From NCBI GenBank assembly GCA_041917695.1, contig JAYRXE010000037.1:370582-434581 (forward strand): a stretch of DNA of 64,000 bases, written 5' to 3'. Both the position numbers and the translations under genes were made by a program. The DNA is from Minisyncoccota bacterium (GTDB taxonomy: Bacteria; Patescibacteriota; Minisyncoccia; UBA6257; GWB1-50-10). Within the stretch, counting starts at the first letter, position 1, and the number at the start of each line of letters is the position of its first letter. Below, in pieces: positions 58,281 to 64,000 of this stretch. The notes beneath the pieces were generated by a model that was given only the letters and a program-made list of their open reading frames with translations, had not been told where the DNA came from and did not search any database.

Positions 58281-58580
58281 ATGAAAATCATCAAAACACT
58301 GGCATGGTTTCTTGCCATCGCCACCGTAACTTTCATGCTCGTTACTTCCGTAAACAGCCTCGCGACCGCCTTTTGGACAAGCGCGCTCCGTATGAACGAA
58401 ACTGTTGCCTATTACTTCACGGCGCTCCAGTTTGCCCGGAGCCTTCTTGAAACCGTCCTTATCGCGGGATATGTCGCCTACTTCTTCATCTGGCGTTTCA
58501 TCGAAATGCCCGCAACCGACGAAGAATGCGGTATCTGCACGGATTATTATTACAAAAGCGAAAGGCGGGTAATCGCATGA
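58281..58580 (+). CDS. Hypothetical membrane protein
   Basis: SD AAGGAG; two TMs; C-terminal CGIC. Confidence 0.65.
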   Translation: MKIIKTLAWFLAIATVTFMLVTSVNSLATAFWTSALRMNETVAYYFTALQFARSLLETVLIAGYVAYFFIWRFIEMPATDEECGICTDYYYKSERRVIA

Positions 58581-58780
58581 GCGGACCGGGGAGCAGTGCA
58601 TGGCTCAAAAAGGAGTTGAAAAAACTCGAAAGAGACGGAAAAGTTAGAATTTTCACCGATAAAGAAACCGCTGCGATAGCAAAGCGCATCAATGCAGGCA
58701 TTGCGCAGGCAAAGTTGGAATACCGGCGAATAGCTGGGGAATCCGAAAGAGATGCAGCGAAGGTTTTTATCAATTGTTAG
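58577..58780 (+). CDS. Small basic hypothetical protein (67 aa)
   Basis: ATGA overlap; MSGPGSSAWLKKELKKLE..; terminator AGCCCCGAA..TTCGGGGCT follows. Confidence 0.6.
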   Translation: MSGPGSSAWLKKELKKLERDGKVRIFTDKETAAIAKRINAGIAQAKLEYRRIAGESERDAAKVFINC

Positions 58781-58798
58781 CCCCGAATCATTCGGGGC

Positions 58799-59305
58799 TT
58801 ATTTTTTTATCCAGATATGGGACTTCGTATTCAGAAACGGCAGAATCTCCAAGAGATGCTCCTTTTTCAATGCGATGCATCCGTCGGTCGGTTTCAGCCC
58901 TTCGCGCGCGATATGGATGAAAATCGCGCTCCCCTTCCCCGGCACGGCCGGGGACATGTTGTATCCGACGGAGACGACGATGTCGTATATGTTGTCCGAA
59001 CGCCACATCGTTTCATGGTGTTCGGGGGCCGGCAAAAAAATGTGCTGGTTGTAAAACGGCGATGAGGCGTCGTCGCACCATCCGTCGCACGTCCGGAGCG
59101 CCCGCTTCGGAAGTCCGGTATGTATTTCGGGAATCCGATCCTTCCGCCAAAAAACCTCGCGGAGCGGAAACGCGCCAAGGGGAGTCTTCTTGTCCCCTTC
59201 CGTTTTCGCTTCAGTAACGCCTCCTTCGCCCAAGGCGCACGGATAGTCTTCGCCGTTCATGCGAAGTATTCCGCGGGAGAACACCTCAATATCCATTACG
59301 TCCAT
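58799..59305 (-). CDS. L,D-transpeptidase (YkuD) family protein
   Basis: KTEGDKKTPLG, GWCDD..YN, GSAIFIH..TDGCIA. Confidence 0.85.
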   Translation of the reverse strand: MDVMDIEVFSRGILRMNGEDYPCALGEGGVTEAKTEGDKKTPLGAFPLREVFWRKDRIPEIHTGLPKRALRTCDGWCDDASSPFYNQHIFLPAPEHHETMWRSDNIYDIVVSVGYNMSPAVPGKGSAIFIHIAREGLKPTDGCIALKKEHLLEILPFLNTKSHIWIKK

Positions 59306-59338
59306 TATACCTTCTTTCGAATGCGCTAAAATATATAG

Positions 59339-59707
59339 ATGCAAGAATGGAATGAACTTACACCCGAGGAAGAACGCATCATCGTCCGCAAAGGGACCGA
59401 AGCGCCCGGGAGCGGCGAATACGAAAATTTCTGGGAAACGGGCACCTACGCGTGCCGCCGATGCGAGACTCCGCTCTACCGTTCCGAATCGAAATTCGAC
59501 GCGCGGTGCGGATGGCCGAGCTTCGACGAAGAAATTCCCGGCAGGGTAACGCACGCATTGGACGCCGACGGGGTACGCACCGAGATAACGTGCACGCACT
59601 GCGGCGCGCACCTCGGCCACGTTTTCGAAGGAGAACGATTCACACCGAAAGATACGCGCCATTGCGTGAACTCGCTCTCGCTGAAATTCATCCCCGATAA
59701 GAAATAA
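59339..59707 (+). CDS. msrB: Peptide methionine-(R)-sulfoxide reductase
   Basis: GTE, CRRC, CGWPSF, RTEITC..C..HLGHVF, RHCVNS. Confidence 0.96.
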   Translation: MQEWNELTPEEERIIVRKGTEAPGSGEYENFWETGTYACRRCETPLYRSESKFDARCGWPSFDEEIPGRVTHALDADGVRTEITCTHCGAHLGHVFEGERFTPKDTRHCVNSLSLKFIPDKK

Positions 59708-60125
59708 AAAAATCCCGCCAGCGGCGGGATATTTAATTGATGGGTGTTTCTGTATATATATTATGGAATTTCTGTGTATGGTAATGTGCGTTTTATAGTG
59801 GGTAACTGGGAGGCTACGAATCAATTCGTATATAGTGAGGTTTGTTAATAAGATTATTTTGGTACGAATTGCTTCGCGAGTTTTTGGGTTTCTGATTTTT
59901 CGAGAAATCGGAAAAAACGTCTTGCATCCTTCCGGTCGTACAGCACTTTTCAGTTACTGGATATAGTATAGCACGCGGGCATTCCAAAGGAATAGAAAAG
60001 CCGCCTTTCCGGGGAGGCGGCTTGAAAGCTCATTTTTCCAGCCTTTTTAAGGCCTCCTATGTGTCGCGCCGGCACTTTTCCACAGTTTTCTGAAAGGACG
60101 CAGACCTCCTGTTCCAACCGGCGCC

Positions 60126-60632
60126 TTACATCTTCCGCGAATCGTACGCCCAGTGTAGCAATGCCTGCCGTTGCCGCGGACGGCAAGTAACGTCCCCTCT
60201 TTTGCAATACTTTTGAAGCTGCGCAATGTGCCGCCGGACAGCTTTCCACCGTCCGATTTGCCACTCGTCATATTCGGGAATACGCCGTCCCATATAATAG
60301 CGGCAATACCACTGGAACCATCCGCGCGGGTCTTCGCTTCGTATCCATCCCCTTCTCCGCCATTCGCTGAGGGGCTGCGAAGCGTTCACGCCGAAATAAT
60401 TACACCGCTTGTCGCGGAACTCGGGAGACAGCTTTGCGCGGGAAAACCACGAGCGCGGAAACTCGTTGCGGCAATCAGTCATGTACTTTCCCCCGAAGAC
60501 GCCGAGTTCAAGCATTTTGCGGGGCGTGAGTTCCGGTTTGAAATCCGCGTGGAAGTTCCGCCCGGCTGGGGCGGTGCACATATAGCGATACCCCGTCTGC
60601 ATACGATCCTCGACGCGGACGAGACGGGGCAT
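60126..60632 (-). CDS. Conserved hypothetical protein
   Basis: LTP..MLELGVFGGKY, DPRGWFQWYCRY, RQALLHWA. Confidence 0.8.
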   Translation of the reverse strand: MPRLVRVEDRMQTGYRYMCTAPAGRNFHADFKPELTPRKMLELGVFGGKYMTDCRNEFPRSWFSRAKLSPEFRDKRCNYFGVNASQPLSEWRRRGWIRSEDPRGWFQWYCRYYMGRRIPEYDEWQIGRWKAVRRHIAQLQKYCKRGDVTCRPRQRQALLHWAYDSRKM

Positions 60633-60633
60633 G

Positions 60634-62436
60634 TTAAGCGGCGCTTTTGGCGCTTCGTTTCGCGCGGGTGCGGTCGACTTCGGTGAGGAATTCCTTTCGC
60701 AGCCGTACGCTTTTCGGCGTCACCTCCAAATACTCGTCTTCGTTCATGATCTCAAGCCCGCGTTCAAGCGTGAGTTCGATGGGCGGCGTGAGCATAATCG
60801 CTTCGTCGGCTCCCTTTGAGCGCATATTTGTCAGCTCCTTCCCTTTGATGGGATTTACCGTCATATCGTCCCCCTTCGACACGTTTCCGATCACCATGCC
60901 CTCGTATACTTCCGTACCCGGCCCGATATACAAGGCTCCCCGTTCCTGCAGGTTCCACAACGAGAACGCCAGGGCTTTCCCGGACGCCATCGAAACCATC
61001 GAACCGACTGAACGCTTCACCACCTCTCCGGCGTGCGGCTTGAAACCGATGACGCGGCTGGAAAGAAGGCCCTCTCCCCGCGTATCAATAATGAATTCAC
61101 CCCGATAGCCGAGGAAACCGCGCGTCGGCATTTCAAAAATAAGGCGGGTCATCGCGCCGTGGGGTTCCATGGCGGAAAGGATGCCTTTGCGCTTCGAGAG
61201 CTTTTCGATGACGACTCCGGAGAACGTCTCCGGCACGTCCACGATGACCTCCTCAAACGGCTCGAGGCGGATACCGCCTTCTTCTTTCATGATGACCTGC
61301 GGCTGGGACACCTGCATTTCATACCCTTCCCGCCGCATGTTTTCGAGCAGGATGGCGATGTGCAGTTCACCGCGCCCGTAGACCTTGTACGAATCGGTGC
61401 CGGCAAAATCCACTTTGAGCCCCACGTTGACCTCGAGCTCCCGTTCCAGGCGCCGCTTCAGTTCGCGCGTCGTGACGAACTTTCCTTCCCGGCCGGCAAA
61501 CGGCGAGTTGTTCACCAAAAAATTCAAAGAAATGGTCGGCTCATCGATGGCAATGGCGGGCAACGGCTCGACATCTTCGCCGCTACCGATGGTTTCGCCG
61601 ATATAAATGTCCGGCAGACCCGCAATCATGACGATATCCCCCGCTTCGGCGGCGGGCGCCTCCTTTCGCTCAAGTCCTTCAAAGGTAAAAATCTTCGTGA
61701 GCTTTCCTTCGCGCATCTCTCCGGTAGCCTTTTTAACAAAAACCTTCGCGCCATTTTCCACCCGGCCCTCGTACACGCGCCCGATTGCCAGGCGCCCCAA
61801 AAAATTATCGTATGCAAGATTGAACGGCTGCATCCGGAACGGGCGCGCGGCGAGTTCGGGCGTCGTCGCCGGAGCGACGTGGCGCATGATCAAATCGAGG
61901 AGCGGCGTTAAATCTTTAGACTCATCGGTGAGCTTCGCCTGGGCGACGCCGGCCTTCCCGATTGCATAGACGTACGGAAAATCCAGCTGTGCGTCGTTCG
62001 CGCCCAGATCCATAAAAAGTTCCAGGACTTTGTCATGCGCCCAGTCGGGACGCGCGGCGGGCTTGTCTATCTTATTGATGACCACGATGGGACGAAGTCC
62101 GAGCTCAAGCGATTTCTTCAAAACGAATTTTGTCTGGGGCATGGGTCCCTCCTGCGCGTCGACGACCAAAAGGACGGAGTCGATGGACCGGAGCACCCGT
62201 TCAACCTCGGAACCGAAATCGGCGTGCCCCGGAGTGTCAACGATGTTGATTTTCGTGCCCTTATAGAAGATGGACGTATTCTTGGAATAAATAGTAATTC
62301 CCCGCTCCCGTTCGAGATCGTTCGAATCCATGCTTACCCCTTCCTTCACCGCTCCCGACTGGCGCATCAAAGCGTCGGTGAGCGCCGTCTTTCCGTGGTC
62401 CACATGGGCGATGATGGCGATATTCCTGATTTCCAT
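60634..62436 (-). CDS. typA: Translational GTPase TypA/BipA
   Basis: [38 protein letters not shown]. Confidence 0.97.
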   Translation of the reverse strand: MEIRNIAIIAHVDHGKTALTDALMRQSGAVKEGVSMDSNDLERERGITIYSKNTSIFYKGTKINIVDTPGHADFGSEVERVLRSIDSVLLVVDAQEGPMPQTKFVLKKSLELGLRPIVVINKIDKPAARPDWAHDKVLELFMDLGANDAQLDFPYVYAIGKAGVAQAKLTDESKDLTPLLDLIMRHVAPATTPELAARPFRMQPFNLAYDNFLGRLAIGRVYEGRVENGAKVFVKKATGEMREGKLTKIFTFEGLERKEAPAAEAGDIVMIAGLPDIYIGETIGSGEDVEPLPAIAIDEPTISLNFLVNNSPFAGREGKFVTTRELKRRLERELEVNVGLKVDFAGTDSYKVYGRGELHIAILLENMRREGYEMQVSQPQVIMKEEGGIRLEPFEEVIVDVPETFSGVVIEKLSKRKGILSAMEPHGAMTRLIFEMPTRGFLGYRGEFIIDTRGEGLLSSRVIGFKPHAGEVVKRSVGSMVSMASGKALAFSLWNLQERGALYIGPGTEVYEGMVIGNVSKGDDMTVNPIKGKELTNMRSKGADEAIMLTPPIELTLERGLEIMNEDEYLEVTPKSVRLRKEFLTEVDRTRAKRSAKSAA

Positions 62437-62512
62437 AAAAAAATCCCGTGTACGGGAGCCTTCCTCTTGGGCAGAGATTAACACAAAAAATAGCGTGAGG
62501 CAATGCTTCGCC

Positions 62513-63220
62513 CTACCGCTCCATTTCAAGGACGTTCGTGAGGCGCGCCTTTCGCGCAGCCGCGAGGCGCAAGATGACGCCGGCGAGAAGTACGCCGATG
62601 GCATCAAACATCAGGTCATTTGCGGTATCGGTGCCCAGTCCCAGCCGGTTTGAACCGAAGACGAGATCCTCAGCATACTCCTCGATCTCATACAACGCTC
62701 CCGTTGTCATCGCAAGCGCCATGGCAAAGAAAATGGCGATTCGGAGCTTTTCATGAATCGAAAGCGCCCCCTGCCCGCGGGGCATGGCAAAGCTTGAAAC
62801 GATGACGAAAAAGACGATGCACGCAACGCCGCTTGAAAAAAGATGGAGCGCGGAGTCCCACCAAAAGAACCGCTCATAGAGATGGAACATGTCCCCTCCC
62901 GCGTCGAGCGCCAGGGAGAGGGCGGCGAGAACCCACAGCGAGGAGTGGAGCGCCGCACCGCGATGGAGCGCGTAGCGATACGCAATGAATTCCAAAATTC
63001 CCCACACGGCAAGCGCCGTCAAAAAAAGCCCAAGCCACGTGAACTGGATATCGGACCGGATTATCCCCGCCATGTTGAGCGCTTCGAAAACCAGCAACGC
63101 GCCGAAAAAAATGCGAATGGAATTCTTCACCGTCCAAAATGGATGCAATTCCCGCTCAAGAAGCGAGGAGGAAAGGGGGCGTATCGCGCTGGGATCCAGG
63201 AGAGGGAGTTTTGTCCTCAT
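62513..63220 (-). CDS. DUF2238-like membrane protein
   Basis: LYERFFWWDSALH, GALYEIEEY, DTANDL. Confidence 0.75.
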   Translation of the reverse strand: MRTKLPLLDPSAIRPLSSSLLERELHPFWTVKNSIRIFFGALLVFEALNMAGIIRSDIQFTWLGLFLTALAVWGILEFIAYRYALHRGAALHSSLWVLAALSLALDAGGDMFHLYERFFWWDSALHLFSSGVACIVFFVIVSSFAMPRGQGALSIHEKLRIAIFFAMALAMTTGALYEIEEYAEDLVFGSNRLGLGTDTANDLMFDAIGVLLAGVILRLAAARKARLTNVLEMER

Positions 63221-63296
63221 GGAATAAAAACGTTTTTTTGAAAATCCGCGTGACACAAATAAAAACCCGCGCGAGCGCGCGGGAATGATGTAAGCA

Positions 63297-63659
63297 TCAT
63301 GCTGCCTTGTTCTTTGCGGATTTCTTCAGAGCCTCCCGCACGGCCGTTACCACGCCTTCCGCCGCCGGTTCACATTTTATAAAGGAGACGGTTTGTTTTT
63401 CAAAAACAGCTTTTTCGCCGTTTACGATGCTGAATGTGAATTCGCTGCCGGGCCTCGCATCCGAAAGATGCCGGGCAATGCGCATACCCGCTTTCTTTCC
63501 GTTTTCCTCCGTGAGATTCCAGCCGCTCATCGCAAATACGTCGGCTTCCCCGTCAACCGCGCGAATACCCGCGAAGAATTCCCTGCTCCCGCGGGGAGCG
63601 CGAGACCCTTCATGGACCGTGCGGATTTCGCTTCCTAAAAAAATAGTTACCGATACCAA
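63297..63659 (-). CDS. Hypothetical protein (orphan)
   Basis: SD GAGGAG + TTG start. Confidence 0.55.
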   Translation of the reverse strand: MVSVTIFLGSEIRTVHEGSRAPRGSREFFAGIRAVDGEADVFAMSGWNLTEENGKKAGMRIARHLSDARPGSEFTFSIVNGEKAVFEKQTVSFIKCEPAAEGVVTAVREALKKSAKNKAA

Positions 63660-63772
63660 CCTCTCTCCTCCTCTTTTTTAATTTTTACGCTTCAGAAAAA
63701 ATACCTTTTCTGGCACGCACGGTCAAGAATGCAGTTGCCAAAAATGCGGATTTCCGTGAAGATTATCCGGTA

Positions 63773-64000
63773 ATGGCAAACCAGGAAGTCACCTTGCGAT
63801 TCAGCGACGTATCGTTTGAATACGGCGCGCGGAAACCGATCCTCCACGAGGTGAATTTCAGCGTGCGCCGGGGGGCGAAATTCACCCTCATGGGCCAGAA
63901 CGGGGCGGGCAAGACGACGCTTTTCAAGCTCATCACAGGCGAGCTCCAGCCCGAATCCGGAAGCATTTCGTATGCGCCGGGAGCGACCATCGCCGCGGGG
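63773..64000 (+). CDS. ABC(-F) ATP-binding protein, runs off the window edge
   Basis: MANQEVTLRFSDVSFEYG..LMGQNGAGKTTLFKLI Walker A. Confidence 0.85.
   Translation, partial: MANQEVTLRFSDVSFEYGARKPILHEVNFSVRRGAKFTLMGQNGAGKTTLFKLITGELQPESGSISYAPGATIAAG

Overview
Gene-dense bacterial chromosomal segment, most likely from a Patescibacteria/CPR (Parcubacteria-like) genome. This is inferred from DUF5671, the CTxEAxxCPDGS motif, a cohesin/dockerin/WxL surface cluster and near-leaderless core genes. Housekeeping genes (tgt, Fe/Mn SOD, obgE, pyrD, alr, murA, uvrC, trxA, trpS, msrB, typA) are interspersed with AT-richer orphan genes that carry their own promoter, SD and terminator. Main items of interest: (1) a two-gene RiPP-like operon next to tRNA-Gln, made of a radical SAM/SPASM enzyme with a C-terminal RRE-like domain and an unannotated 46-aa Cys-rich peptide (22083-22223); (2) a roughly 560-nt helix-rich unit with no long ORF, flanked by its own promoter and terminator (candidate large ncRNA, about 9065-9630, minus strand); (3) an 880-aa RecB-type nuclease/DnaG-type primase fusion; (4) a leader-peptide/terminator attenuator in front of an MFS transporter; (5) a 14-kb cohesin-dockerin-WxL-fibre surface locus. 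All family assignments come from motif recognition by eye. No database searches were run.
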